Shown: positions 24,039 to 37,523 of the stretch, in pieces
Position numbering within the stretch: the first letter of the stretch is position 1
Layout of the letters: each line of letters begins with the position of its first letter
Assembly (NCBI GenBank): GCA_043228905.1
Contig: JBHGNT010000009.1
Coordinates: 12,276,001-12,340,000, forward strand
Length of the DNA stretch: 64,000 nt
Reading direction: 5' to 3'
Source of the DNA: Azolla caroliniana
Lineage: Eukaryota; Plantae; Polypodiophyta
The notes under the pieces: generated by a model
The model's database searches: none
The model's input: the letters and a program-made list of their open reading frames with translations, nothing else
What the model was told of the DNA's origin: nothing
Program-made: the position numbers and the translations under genes

Positions 24039-27000
24039 CGCTATACTCAGCACCGTCCGGATGGAGGTCATCTTTACTACTGGGGAAAATATCTCGTCGA
24101 ACTCCACGCCCTTCTTCTGCTGGAACCCCTTCACCACGATCCTGGCTTTGTATCTCGGAGGGTTGCCGGCATCTCCCGGTTTCAACTTGTACACCCACTT
24201 GTTTCGGAGTGCCCGCTTTCCTTTCGGCAACTCCACCAATTCGTACGTATGGTTCTCATGCAGGGAATCCATCTCATCCCGCATGGCACTTAACCATTTT
24301 CGGCTGTGGGTGTCTTCCTTCCCTTCTTCGAAGCTTTCCGGTTCCCCTTCATCGGTCAGCAGAACATGCTCTGCATCCGGAAATCTCCGGGGGGCCCTTC
24401 TCTCTCTGAGAGCATATCTCCGTCTCTGGGCTTCGGTGACTGGCTCATCCATCTGCTCTTCATCCGAATCTGATTCAGGGTCTTGGCCGGTTCCAGTTTC
24501 AGCTTCCTCTACCTCTCCTTCAGCCTGTTCGGTATCCTCACCGTAACCGGCTGGTCCCTCGAGTGCTAACCAGTCTCTTGCCGGTTGGGTCTGCTCATCG
24601 TAGAGTCGATCCTTACCGGTCGGCTCGGAGTTCATTATCTTCTTCTCCGACTCCCAGTCGGCGAGCGTCTTGTTTTCCATGAAGATAATAGCTCGACTCC
24701 GGAATACCTTCTTGTCGACCATGTCCCACACTCGGTAGCCGAACTCATCGTCACCGTAACCGAGGAATATGCATGGCCGGGTCTTTGGATCTAACTTTCC
24801 TCTCCGGTCCTTGGCTACATGCACGTACGCAAGACACCCGAACACCTTCAGATGCCGGTAGGATACTTCCTTACCGGTCCACACTCTCTGTGGCGTGTCT
24901 CCATCCAAGGGTACTGAGGGTGATCTATTTATCACGTATGTCGCCGTCGACAGTGCCTCAGCCCAAAACTTCTTGGGTAGTTTTGCATGTGCTAGCATAC
25001 TCCAGACCCTCTCCATTATGGTCCGGTTCATCCTCTTGTCCAATCCGTTTAGTTTCGGCGTCTTCAACACGGTAAATTCGAGCCGGATTCCCTTCGAGCG
25101 GCAGTACTCCTCGAACTGCCCCCGGTACTCTCCTCTGTTATTTGCTCGAACCGCCTTCAGCTTCCGGCCGGTTCCTCTTTCCACTCTCTTGTGGAGCTCT
25201 TTGAAGACGGATAACACCTGATCCTTCGTCTTCAACGGTGTGGCCCACAACTATGAACGTCTATGAACGTCACAAAGTACTGCGTTCCGGCATGTGACTT
25301 CGCGTCTACTTGACACACATCTGTATGCACCAACTCTAGTGGTGCATTACGTCTCATCGGTGGCCTTGGTCGGAAGGAGGTCCAGTTCTGCTTACCGGCC
25401 AGACAATTAGTGCACTTCTCTAAGTGCACGTTCTTCACTAGAATGAGGTTGTCGTCTGCAAGCCTCTTCATCCCCTTCTCGTTCATATGACACAGTCTCT
25501 TATCCCACAACTCATCGGTAGTGTCGGATGCCACGTTCACTTCTTTCGGACATAACCGGGCATTCATCAAGTACAGTGTGTTTACCTTCCGGGCCCGAGC
25601 CACAATCAGGCTCCCTTTGCTGAACTTCATGACACCGTTCCGGATGCTACCCGTGTAGCCCTCATCATCTAGCTGACCGGCTGATATCAGGTTCAGTCGA
25701 ACCTCCGGAACGTGTCGGACTTCCCTCAGCAGCCACTTGCATCCGGTTGGTGTCGACATCCACACGTCTCCTATGCCGACAATTCGACATGTACCTTCAT
25801 TCCCCATCCGGACACAGCCGTGATCACCGGCTGAGTAGGATGAGAAGTATTTTCGGTCCGGGGTGAGGTGGAACGACGCTCCGGAGTCTACCACCCAGGT
25901 CATCTTGTCGCCGGCAAGGTTTATCTCACTCTCCTCGGTGATGAGCATCAACTCTTCTTCACTTGCCGCGATTGCCGTCGTTCCCTTCTGGTCCGGCCCC
26001 CTTCGGTCTTTACCGTTCCGGTCCGGGGTCCGCTTCGAATCGGTACCGTCGGTCTCCTTATCTTTTTGGAAATGCCGACAATTCTTGAGGAAGTGTCCCG
26101 GCTTGCCGCAATAGAAGCAAGTGGGCCTCCCCCTCTACTTTGACCGTGTCCTCGACTTCTCCCGGTTCTGGGGACTACGGTTTCTATGTCTTCCACGTTC
26201 CGATTCGGTAGGGAGCGCTTTGGAGTCGGAGCTCGTATCTTTATCTTTCCGACGCGCCTCCTCATCTAGCAAGCTCGACTTTACTCTTGCTAGGGATAAC
26301 CGTTTTCCTTCCGGCCCGGCGTTGCCCAAAGTGACAACCAACGTCTCCCAGCTATCCGGGAGGGAGCCGAGCAGGAGTAGTGCTAGTACCTCGTCGGCGA
26401 GAGGTACTTCCAATGAAGTTGCCTGGTGTATCAGCCCCTGGAAGGCATTCATGTGCTCCGCCATGCTGAAACCATCTTGGTACCGGAGTCTTACTAGCTT
26501 CCGGAATACCGAAACCTGATTAACAACATTTTTGTTTTGGAACATTATGCCGATCATCTCCAAGAGCTCATGAGCCTTGCTCTCTTCATTGAAGTTGTTG
26601 TATAGGCTCATGTCGATGAAGCACCGTATGTACGCTGTTGTCTTCATGTGCATCACCTCCCATATCGCGGCGTCGATTTTGTCCGGTCTCTTGTCCCCGA
26701 ACTGAACCGGCAGCCAGAGGTCTTTAAACACGAGCATGTCCCTCATCTTTGACTTCCACACTGAATAGTTGGAGCCGGTGAGCTTGAACATGCCGCCAAA
26801 CGATTCGTCCATTTTCTGTGTAGTTTTGCTCTGATACCACTTGACGGTAACTCAACGCTCCTTATGCGCAATGCTCGGCCACAACCGAGCTTAGAATGAT
26901 GCATAGAAAACGGGAAATAAAACACGACACAAAGAAGAGACGAGTACGCAGGATGTTTAACGTGGAAAACCCCAAACTAGGGGGAAAAACCACGACAGCC

Positions 27001-27110
27001 CACAGGCTGCAAACTGTCACTATGTAAGAATATACAACAGTGAGCTCACTGAGGCAACGACCTCGTGCCCACAGATCTTCCCCTCGGGCGGCGGTTACAA
27101 CAGAGGCGAC

Positions 27111-27146
<36 letters not shown>

Positions 27147-27667
27147 CACTGTTACGCACTCACTCTATTCTTGCACCAACAAGAATGACAACCTACAATT
27201 AAAAGTTTGCCCTAAGTCATATTTATACTAATATGACTTTTCGGCTATTTACAAATATAGCCTCAATGGACTCTCAGAAACATATTTACGAATATGTCTC
27301 TTCATCCGGTTCTCACCGGGTTTGTACCATCCGGCTCTCCGTAGCCGAGTACTCCTCATCCGGTTCATACCGGGTCTTCACCATCCAGCTCTCCGTAACC
27401 GGGTACTCCTCATCCGGTTCATACCGGGTCTTCACCATCCGGCTCTCCGTAGCCGGGTACTCCTCATCCGGTTCATACCGGGTCTGCACCATCCGGCTCT
27501 CCGTAGCCAGGTACTCCTCATCCGGTTCATACCGGGTCTGCACCATCCGGCTCTCCGTAGCCGGGTACTCCTCATCCGGTTCAGGCCTCGGCCTATCGGC
27601 CTCGACCGAGTTTGTTCATCAGCACTGATCTTCTCCCTTCCCATCCGGAGGGACCTGTCACCCAACA
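24034..27667 (-). mobile_element. Tork-like Copia element, 3'-truncated in RT
   Basis: 5' LTR 26842-27667; PBS TGGTATCAGAGC at 26828-26839 (tRNA-iMet); gag from 26812; WVVDSGASFH; integrase; RT start. Confidence 0.9.
27299..27583. repeat. 54-bp tandem repeat (about 5.3 copies) in the Tork-like LTR U3
   Basis: Unit tcctcatccggttcataccgggtcttcaccatccggctctccgtagccgggtac. Confidence 0.92.
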
Positions 27668-28491
27668 CCACAGTAGAAGCAAGTAGGCCTCCTACTTGAC
27701 TTCGACCTCGCCCTTGCTCTCTTCATTGAAGTTGTTATACAGGCTCATATCGATGAAGCACTGGACGTATGTCGTCGTCTTCATGTGCACACCTCCCACA
27801 CTGTGGCATCGATCTTATCCGGTCTCTTGTCCCCGAACTGAACCGACAACCAAAGATCTTTGACCACCAGCATATTCCTCATATTCAACTTTGACACTGA
27901 GAAGTTGGAGCAGGTGAGCTTGAATATGCTGTCGAACGATTCTATCATTCCCTGTGTTGTTCGCTCTGATACCAGTTTGTTGAGAATGGCGCGGAATATT
28001 GCTCGGCCACAACTGAGTCTTGAACACTGCTATGAGAATGAAACACAGGATGTTTACGTGAAAAACCCTGAATGGGAAAAACCACGGGAGCCCATAGACT
28101 CCGAACTATCACTATGAAGAGAAGGGGTACAATCAGAGACTCGTAGGCAACTACCTCGAGCTCGGCTTCTTCGCCAACTAGCGGTTACAACGGAGTATTT
28201 CTCTGTATCTCACACTCTCTCTCTATACAACAATATGACAATAACAACAACAACCTTTCAAAGTGATTACCCTAAGTCATATTTATACTTATATGAACTT
28301 AGGGCTATTTACAAATATAGCCTCAATAGGCTTACTCAAAACATATTTACAGATATGTCTTCTCTTTCGGTTCTCACTAGCTCTCTACCAGTTCTCACTG
28401 GGTCTCCTCCGATTTCTGGATCTCTTACGGTTCTCACCGGGTCCTCTTTATTGATCGACGGATCCCATCCGGAGAGACCGATTTCCCAACA
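27668..28491 (-). mobile_element. Second Tork-like 5' fragment (LTR, PBS, internally deleted gag)
   Basis: LTR 27978-28491; PBS 27963-27974; gag N-terminus joined directly to knuckle-region sequence. Confidence 0.85.
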
Positions 28492-30515
28492 ATAAGGTCA
28501 AATGCACTTCTTCCGTCCTTGATAGTATCTTCTTACAATCCTTGATATGGTCGGCAATGAATTGTTCGCAACCATCTTCATCCAATTCCTCATTCTTCTC
28601 TTCTTCCTTGCATCCCTTAATCGGAACATCATCTAAAAAAGGCATTGTAATATGAGGAATAAAATCACGAAGTACCTTGTTCATTCCATTCATCATATGC
28701 GCCACTGAGTTGGTCGCTCCTTGCGGCAAGGTACACATCTGTACTAACCCTATAGGTGTCCTGATAGAAGTAATATCTCGACTTTTGATAACAAGTTGAA
28801 ATTGATCATACCCGGAATAAAGGTCTCCCATTGAATATATAGCTCTTCCTGCAAACATCTCAGCAAAATCATCCACAATTGGCCCCACTCTCGAGTTTCG
28901 GATTGTTGCCTTATTCAGGGGTTGCATATCTTGGATAAATCGGAGCCGTCCATCTTCCTTTAACACAGTGAACCATCGACTCGAGTAAGGAGCGTTCGAT
29001 GGTTCCAAGATACCCATCCTTATCTTTTCTTTCAGAAGTTCTAATAGTTGAGGGATTCTAGCCCTAGGCATGGGTATTGGCTTAAAGTTCCATGGAATAT
29101 GAGGGATAGTGAATATAACCATGGGCTCTACAATTCTTGGATCCACACACCCTATTTCCTCCGGTTGGAACGTGAACGCCTTTCCATGCCTTTTTAACAT
29201 CTCCCTGAATTTATTTTCTTCAATTGGTAATAGGAAGTCACCCCCTCCTATTTTCATCCCTTGTATTGTTTCTGGAGTAAACACATGTCCCACCTTTAGT
29301 GGGTCTCTAATCATTGGCTCTGTGGCTGCTTCTTTGATTGCCCTTTCACTATCCCCAGGAAGTGGAGCAACAATAGGACGAATCTTCTTCTCTACTGTTT
29401 TGTACTTTGTTAAGACATGTGCCTCATGGTCCTTTCGAGCAACTTCTTCAATGACCTCGTACATCTTGATCGAATGAAAATGAACTTGACTTTTGTTGTT
29501 GTCCTCCATTGTTTCCAGATAAGTTATTGTATCTTCAAAACTTAATTCTTCAAACATATCCTGAATTTCTTCATCGTCATCTATTAATCCAGAACACTTA
29601 AAGTACTTGGAAGCATTTTGTATTTTATTATTATCTACTTTAAGTTTAAAAGTAGCACCACTAGATGAGATTGTACAAGGAATATTTTTATTTACATTAT
29701 TATTTATGGGGTTTTCTTTCATGTTCAGGCTACCACAATCCATACCTGTAAAACCCCTATCTAAAAATCCTAGGAAAATTCTTCATCCATGTCCCAAACT
29801 GGATGTTCCCTCAAGCATTCTTTATTTCTTTCGTGGTTGGGCCTCACGGTTAAGAATTGGACTTTCTTCCATCTTGACTCTTGATTCTCGCGAAAGCCGA
29901 ACCATCATCAATCACCTTTGTTTCCATCTTGACTGCGGTGATGTAAGGCTGACCAAGGATGATGGGGTAGGTTGATCGATCCTGCACAAAGAAATTTTGA
30001 TTCACCGACACATCACCAATTGTTACCTTCAAATTGGGGCATGCTCTGAATAGATCCTCCGTAGTCTCTATGGCAAATCTTATCTTCCACCCATGACTCT
30101 TGTCAATCGGCGACCAGCCTTGAGCATAAAATTCTGATGACATCATGTTAATCTCGTATCCATGATCGATCAAAGCAATACATGGAATTTGTTGCTCCCC
30201 AATTTTTGCAAGTACCTCCATTGTTGCTCAAGCCCAATGGTCCCTTGTATAGTGACTCCTATCCTCTTCATGAACCCCAACATCATTTATGATGTTTACA
30301 CTTGCAGCGTTAATGGTACCACCATACAAATCTCGAAGTGTTGCTGCACAACCTCCCGTAACTTCCTTCGTCACCTGTCTCTTTCTTCTAATAATATCTA
30401 TGATAACTTCATGAAATTCTATCTTTGCTATACCCAATACTTCTCTTAAAGTAAATTCTACCTTACTATTTAATATTCTTGTTTCTAGTACCTTTTTTAT
30501 ATTCGTCATTGTTTC
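28492..30515 (-). pseudogene. Gypsy family C (AT-rich relative of A and B): late gag, PR, RT
   Basis: LIDHGYEIN, DLYSGYDQF, PFLDD; truncated at both ends. Confidence 0.88.
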
Positions 30516-31141
30516 TATGTCTAAAGCAAGCTGTTATTGGAAAAATTCACAGCTCAAGGAATGTATAAATAACTTACCACCAGATGTTATGGTATCTGTT
30601 ATTGACTTTGTAGAGAACTATACATTTCAAGTTCAAAATGAGGTTCCGTCAATGCATTGGTACAATGACCAATGTACAATACTTGTACATATTTGCTACT
30701 GGAGAGAAGACGGTGAGTTACATAAAAATTGAATATTCTACATATCAGATGATAAAAAACATGATACACTATTTGTTCAACATTGTTTTAAGCTTCACCA
30801 TGCAGATTTATTGTCCTTGGGTAACTTTAATTGTCATTGGGTCTGGTCTAATGGTGTTGGCTCGCAATTTTAGGCGGCCCGGTCCTTCTACTTCATTGGA
30901 AGGTGAGGAAATAATCCATATGTTTGGTACTTATAAATGGAAGTCTATTTTAATAATACTCCATAGTACTTATAAATGTTTGTATAAAATACAATTAGTA
31001 AGTTTCCTACTACATGCACCAGTACTGTCTTGAAATGTGAATCTGAACTAACTGGCCATTTAGTTGGCATGAGTACTAATTTATATCTCAACATTGTCCT
31101 TCCTTGTGAATTAGTACTAATGAATAACTTGGTACTATCCT

Positions 31142-34100
31142 TGTGAAATGTAAAGTGCGGAAGCTATATGAAACACAGAATATCGACAAAGAAAAATAGG
31201 TTTAATGGAGAGCTTAAGACACATTGTACGTGGGAGAGACAAAGAGGCTTGGTGAAAATGTCCGCGTTCTGCCAATCCGTTGAAACATATTGAAGTTCAA
31301 CTTCACCAGAGAGGACACGCTCACAGACAAAGTGCTAGTGCACCTCAATGTGCTTAGTCTGGGCCTCGATTCCATGCGCCTCAACCCTTACGATCGGCTT
31401 CTCTACTCGTGCGGCCTTTTCTAGCTCCCTTGCTTTCATGGTGTTGGCGCCTCTTCTGCCACCCTTTCTTCCGCTTGGCCTTCAGTTGATTCGGTGTCTC
31501 CAAATCAAACATCCGAGCCAAATCAGTTGCGTCCGATTCGTCTCCACTTTTGTCTGAATTGGCTATCTCCAATTCGTCCTCAATCTTGGCCTTCTCGGCC
31601 TTGTTGGCTTCATCTCCCCCATGCTTGGCTGGCCCCGACTGTTTATTTCGGCATCTACCCTCTTGTCCACTTCCGGACTCTTCCGCGGATCCACCTTCGG
31701 CTTCTTCAGCTAACACGAAACCGAATTCTTCATCCGATTTGGTGTTGCGGTCACATCCACACCTTTCCTGCTCCTTTCGTGGTCATGCAGGACTTTTCTC
31801 CCCCTCAAGTTCTGCACGTTGAGGTGCCGCAACCCAAGCGCACCCAAGAATCGCCGCAACTTGTCCAGACAAAGGGGCTTGGTGAAAATGTCGGCGTTCT
31901 GTCGATCCGTTGAAACATATTGAAGTTCAACTTCACCAGAGAGGACATGCTCACACACAAAGTGCTAGTGCACCTCAATGTGCTTAGTTCGGGCGTGGAA
32001 GACGGGGTTCTTCGCAAGTTGGATGCTGCTAAGGTTGTTGCAGTAGATCGTCGTCATACCGGACACGTCCACCAGCAAATCCTTAACTAGCCGCTTTAGC
32101 CATATGGCTTCGCATGTTGCGACAGCCGCTCCTCGATCCTCGACCTCTCTGCTCGATAGTGCAACTGTCGGCTGCTTCTTGCTACTCCACGCGATTGTGG
32201 CGCTCCCAAGAGAGAACGCGAATCCGGATGTGGATCGGCAATCGTCGGCGTTTCCGGCCCAATCAGCATCTGTATAGCGAACTAGTTGTGCGGCAATACC
32301 CATTCGACGATATAGTAGTCCCCGGTCCTTAGTGCCACTGACGTACCTAAGTATGCGTTGCGCGCACTGAAGGTGCTCCTCAGTTGGCCACGCCATGAAC
32401 TAACTAATCAAGCCGCCCAGATAATTGAGGTCCAGTCGGGTGATAGTCAAGTATATGAGGCTTCCGACAACCTGTCGGAACCTTTTCGGGTCATAGACCT
32501 TTCCGGAGTCGGGGTGAAGCTTCACGGTTCTATCAAGAGGAGTTGAGACAGACTTACAGTCTGCCATTCCGAACTTGAAGAGCATACTCAGCACGTAATG
32601 TCTTTGGCTAATCAATATGCCTTCGGGCATTTGGATCACTTCGATCCCGAGAAAGTAATGAAGGTTCCCCAGATCCTTCATATCAAATGATGCCGCAAGC
32701 TTTACATGGTCAATTTCATCTAGGTTGATGACAACAATGACCAAGTCATCAACATAAAGTAAAATACTAATCGGCCCAAGTCGACCTTGCTGGACGAACA
32801 ATGAAGAGTCTTATTTGGACGTCGCAAATCCCATCCAATGCAATCGCTGCGTGATCTTCGCGTTCCAGGCACGCGGGGCTTGCTTTAGTCCATAGAGGGA
32901 CTTCTTCAACCGGCATATTGCCGAAGTGTTCATTTCGGCGTAAAATCCGGGGGGTTGAACCATGTACACTTGTTCCTCAAGCTCGCCTTGCACGAATGCA
33001 TTCTTTACATCCATCTAATGTAAGTGCCACCCCTTTGCCGAAGCTACCACAAGCAAAACAAGGATGGTCGTCATCTTCGCAGCTGGTGCAAACGTCTCAT
33101 CGTAATCGATGCCGTGTTGTTGCGCGTAGCCTTTGGCTACTAACCCGGGCTTGTATCGGTTGACCGAGTCGTCGGTGTTGTACTTGACCTTGTACACCCA
33201 CCTGCATCCAATCGGTTTTACACCCTTGGGGGCATCAACCAAGTCCAATGTTTCATTCTCCGCAAGTGGGTTCATCTCTTCCTCCATGGAGACACGACAA
33301 TTTGTGTCCTTGGCCTCTTCCGCGTAGCTCTCCGGCTCATGCACTTCCGCTACACATGTCATGTATGCATAGTGATGCGCCATGTACTCTTTGTATCCAA
33401 ACTGAACAACAGGGTTCTTCTGGCAGGTAGATCGGCGTAATTATTCATTAGCTGATGTTGAGGTCGTTCAGGTCGACGCAGGATTCGTCATCACTCTCTT
33501 CAGAGTTGGATTCGTGTAGATCTGACTCGTCCCTATCCGTGTCGTACTTTGGCATCTTCTTCTTTCTCTTTTCTTTGCGTGTAAGCCGTCTCTTTGGCTT
33601 CCTGTGCGTGGAATGCACGACCGAGTCTCCACTACTCGCTGGCTCTTCATCTGACTGTTCAAACCGGCTTAGTCGCTCATTCGGTCCACTTCCCGAAATC
33701 AGATCGGACTCTCTTCAAGAGTTCCAACTTCGCATTCATCAGGAGGCATCTCGGCCTCGCTGACCTCATCTTCAGAACTCGGATTGGAGTTGAGGTCCGG
33801 AGTCGGAGGCGAATACCAAGACGCGGACTCATCAAACACAACATCGCGACTTACGTGAGCTTGTTTGGTTCGTCGATGAAGGAGACGAAATATCAACTCC
33901 TGCCAAGACTCACGTTTTGTGTCAGTCCCCATACATATGATTACGGTCGTTGGGGAAAGGAAGTTGGTGTTGCTTCCCTACTTGGCTGGCTTCAGAAATT
34001 TGGGCCTTTCGCCCACTGAATTTCGGCAATCTAAAGACAACTTGTTTTCATTGTAGGTCCTGAAGCCTTTGGTAGTTGATGTGGCCTATCCGCTTATGCC

Positions 34101-35945
34101 ACAAGTCGATATCCGACTTGACTTTTTGCCCTTTCACGAACAATGTGGTGCCTACATCATTGGTGTTGAGGATGACCATCCTCCCATCTCTGCGCCCTTG
34201 TGCAATAACTTGGCCTTCTTCCTCGATGAAGCACCCGAGATGCGTGAACCACACGTGCATCCCCTGGTCGACGATCTGTCCGACCGACACTAGATTCTTC
34301 ATAATTGTCGGGATGTGTAACATGTTCATTAGCTTCCCTTTTTGCCCAACGTGGCTGAGGGGAACTTGACCGACATGTACGATCGGATGCAGAGTGTCAT
34401 CTCCTGTTACGACTACTCCCGGTTGTTCCGGTTTTTCCAGATATGAGAACCACTCTTTGTGGTTTGTCATATGGTTTGACGCTCTAGAGTCAACATACCA
34501 CTCTTCGTCCAATTTCGGGGTGGTCTTCTTCATTGAGTTTGCTTCGTGTCTTGTCATGAATGTTGCCCCCTTTCCGACTTTTTCAGACCCTTCGGCGTAG
34601 TGCATCCACTGCTGATTTCCTTGTTTGATCCGTCCAGATCCGGATTCGGTTTTCTCCGAATCAGCGCAGTTCTTCTAGCACTTGCTCTCCTTGTGGCCTT
34701 TCTTGCCACAATACGAGCCATCCGCGACTTGTTTCCCTTGCCGGTTCTCATCGCCTCCTCGACTCCCCCTACTTCCAGAGGGTCCGAAATTGTTGTCGGC
34801 ATCACCACACGATGTCTTCTTCCTTGCTCCCATCGGCCGCCTCCATTGCATGCCTAGTCGCCTCATCCGCCACGACCACGGGGCCTATTTCCCTCCGAGT
34901 ACAACACTTCCTATCAGCGTGCGTACTTGTCGACGCACCCACTTGATTCTCCTCTACAACGAGCATCGACTGCAAGTCAAAAAACGACGACATATTCTCC
35001 CTTATACAAACAGCAGTTCGGAATGCTCCGAACTTCAACATCAATCCTCTGAGGCAGATCTACACCATTTCTCCCTTCTCAACGTTCACATTGATGGAGG
35101 CGAGGGAATCGCAGATATCCTTTATCTTGGAGGTGTGGTCAGCCACCGTCATGTCACATTGACGCACATTGCTCATCTCCTGTTGGAGTTGGAGCTTCCT
35201 GGCTGTGATACTTGTGGCGAAAATCTTTTTCAGATTTCCTCAAGCATCCTTTGGCGTTCTTGCATCCCGAATGTAGCTCAAGAGCTGTTCGCTCACACAG
35301 GACGCGAAGTAGTAGAGAACTCTACTCGCCGGTTGTTCCCAGGCCAAGAAGTCTCTATGTGTCGATTCGGGTGCTACATCATTCACTCCATCAACATAGC
35401 TCCAATATCCATGTCCAAGCAGCTACTGGTGCATCTTGTACGACCAAGATGCATAGTTACTTCTATCGAGCTTCTTAGTTGGAAGCGAACTAGCCATACC
35501 TCTATCCATTTTTTCCTTTTCGTTCTTCACCGAGTTTTTTTGTTGTTGTTTCGAGTTGAAGTTGGCTGCAGAGGTTCTCAACCCTCGCGCTCTGATACCA
35601 TGTGAAATGCAAAGTGTGGAAGTTATACGAAACACAGAATACCGACAGAGAAAAACAGGTTTAATGGAAAGCTTAAGACACAATGTACGCGGGAGAGACA
35701 GAGAGGAAAATGAACACACAAAAAGAACTTAATTCAAAAAAATGTGTAAAACTCTATACAAGTCCATATAGACTGATAGAAGTAATGACACGTACTTCAA
35801 TGCTCATAACTGAGCTCCTAAACTAAATCCCAAATATATTCCCTCGCGGAATATCTGTTCAATAGCCTCTCGGCCTCTTGTTGCGTACCGGTTTACGCAT
35901 CGGTTTACACAACGGTTTGGCCAATGTTGAGCTTGTATCTCAACA
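31142..35945 (-). mobile_element. Bryco-like Copia element with internal deletions, TSD ATCCT
   Basis: 5' LTR 35601-35945; PBS 35589-35600; partial 3' LTR 31142-~31245; ATCCT at 31137-31141 and 35946-35950. Integrase core deleted; an RNase H piece is duplicated at ~31246-31360. Confidence 0.9.
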
Positions 35946-35949
35946 ATCC

Positions 35950-36670
35950 TCTTTCATTCATTAGTAATAATTCATAACTTTGGACTGCCTCCCGGCAAGC
36001 ACGAGCACTAATTAATACTTAGCATTGTCCTCTCTCATACATTTGTACTAATTAATCACTTAGTTGTATTCAACTTTGTTCATTAGTACTAATTTATAAC
36101 TTAGGATGATCCTCTCTCGTGCATTAGTACTAATTAATAACTTAGCACTGTCCAACTTTGTTCATTAAGACTAATTATAACTTAGGATTGTCCTCTCTCA
36201 TTAGTACTAATTATTACCTTAGTACTATCCAACTACGTTCATTAGTACTAATTATTACCTTAGTACTATCCAACTACGTTCATTATTACTAATTAACAAC
36301 CTAGTACTTTCCAACTTTGTTCATTAAGACCAACTTATAACTTAGGATTGTCCTCTCTCATGCATTAGTACTAATTAATAACTTAGTATTGTCCAACTTT
36401 GTTCGTTAAGACCAACTTATAGCTTAGGATTGTCATCTCTTATGCATTAGTACTAATTAACAACCTAGTACTTTCCAACTTTGTTCATTAAGACCAACTT
36501 ATAACTTAGGATTGTCCTCTCTAATGCATTAGTACTAATTAATAACTTAGTATTGTCCAACTTTGTTCATTAAGACCAACTTATAACTTAGGATTGTACT
36601 ATCCTCTCTCGTTCATTTGTACTGATTCGGGTGTTATTATTGTCCTCTCTCATGCATTAGACTTAATAAT
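35950..36670. repeat. AT-rich minisatellite (about 40/82-bp periodicity, TTAGTACTAA core) in the transposase intron
   Basis: Repeated cattagtactaattaataacttag units; the same motif occurs at 31070-31140 on the other side of the Copia insertion. Confidence 0.8.
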
Positions 36671-37523
36671 TATCGTTTAAGTCATGTTAATAATTTTACG
36701 CTCCAGTAATGCACTAACTGTGTTTGTTAGCCAACTATCATGCAAAACACCCACATACTTCTCATTGACAAACATTAGGATGCAATGCAACTACTTCGAG
36801 TCTGCACATGGAAAGGGAGAGCACGATGGCGCGGGGGATGTGATCAAACATGCTCTTACAAGTGAGCAGTTGGATAATAAAGGTGTTAAGTTACAAAATG
36901 CACATGATGTTGTGGAGTGGCTCACATGGAAGATGTCAAATGATGGTAAGAATAGATTGTTTATTGAGGTTCATGCTAATGAGGTGGATAGGAGTAGATT
37001 GTATGGTTGTAAAACTGTGAAAGAGACGTGGAAGACCCATTGTGTCTTAGGGTTTAGTTGCAACCCGGGGACTCCACTATATATTAAGAGGTTGTATCAC
37101 GTGCGTTCACAACATCTTTTATAAACCCCTTATACGTATGTTTATTATTATTTTAGAGACCCTTTTGTAAAAAAATAGTTAATAAAAATACCGCTTAGTG
37201 CAAATATATTGTCATATATGTATGACGTGGCAATTCTTGAACCAAACTGATAGTTTGCCAAGATTGATAAAACGGTTAAAGAATGAAACGGATGTAATAG
37301 AATACTATAAATAGAAGTACAAACCTGAGGCTAAGGACAGGCTATTTTGGGGAGAAACAATTCTGTGTATTTTACATTGGTGGAGACGACGGGAGATCAA
37401 CCACCGGCCACTCTGCACATCGCAACAGCCGCCAAGAAACAGCCGCCCAGCCACAAATAGAAGAGCCGCCCATAATTGCCCTCACGTTCAGCCCATCAGC
37501 CTTCACCACACAAAGTAATCAAA

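Larger units (their letters stand above)
30516..37070 (+). pseudogene. Sola2-like DDD transposase pseudogene in two exons (30516-30902 and ~36755-37070)
   Basis: DFVENY..EVPSMHW..ISDDKKHD..WSNGVGSQF, then a GT donor at 30903, then NYFESAHGKGEHDGAG. In-frame stops. Confidence 0.7.

Noticed and set aside
27299-27583. CRISPR array or repeat protein
   Set aside because: Head-to-tail repeats without unique spacers, located inside an LTR. The ORFs arise because 54 is a multiple of 3.
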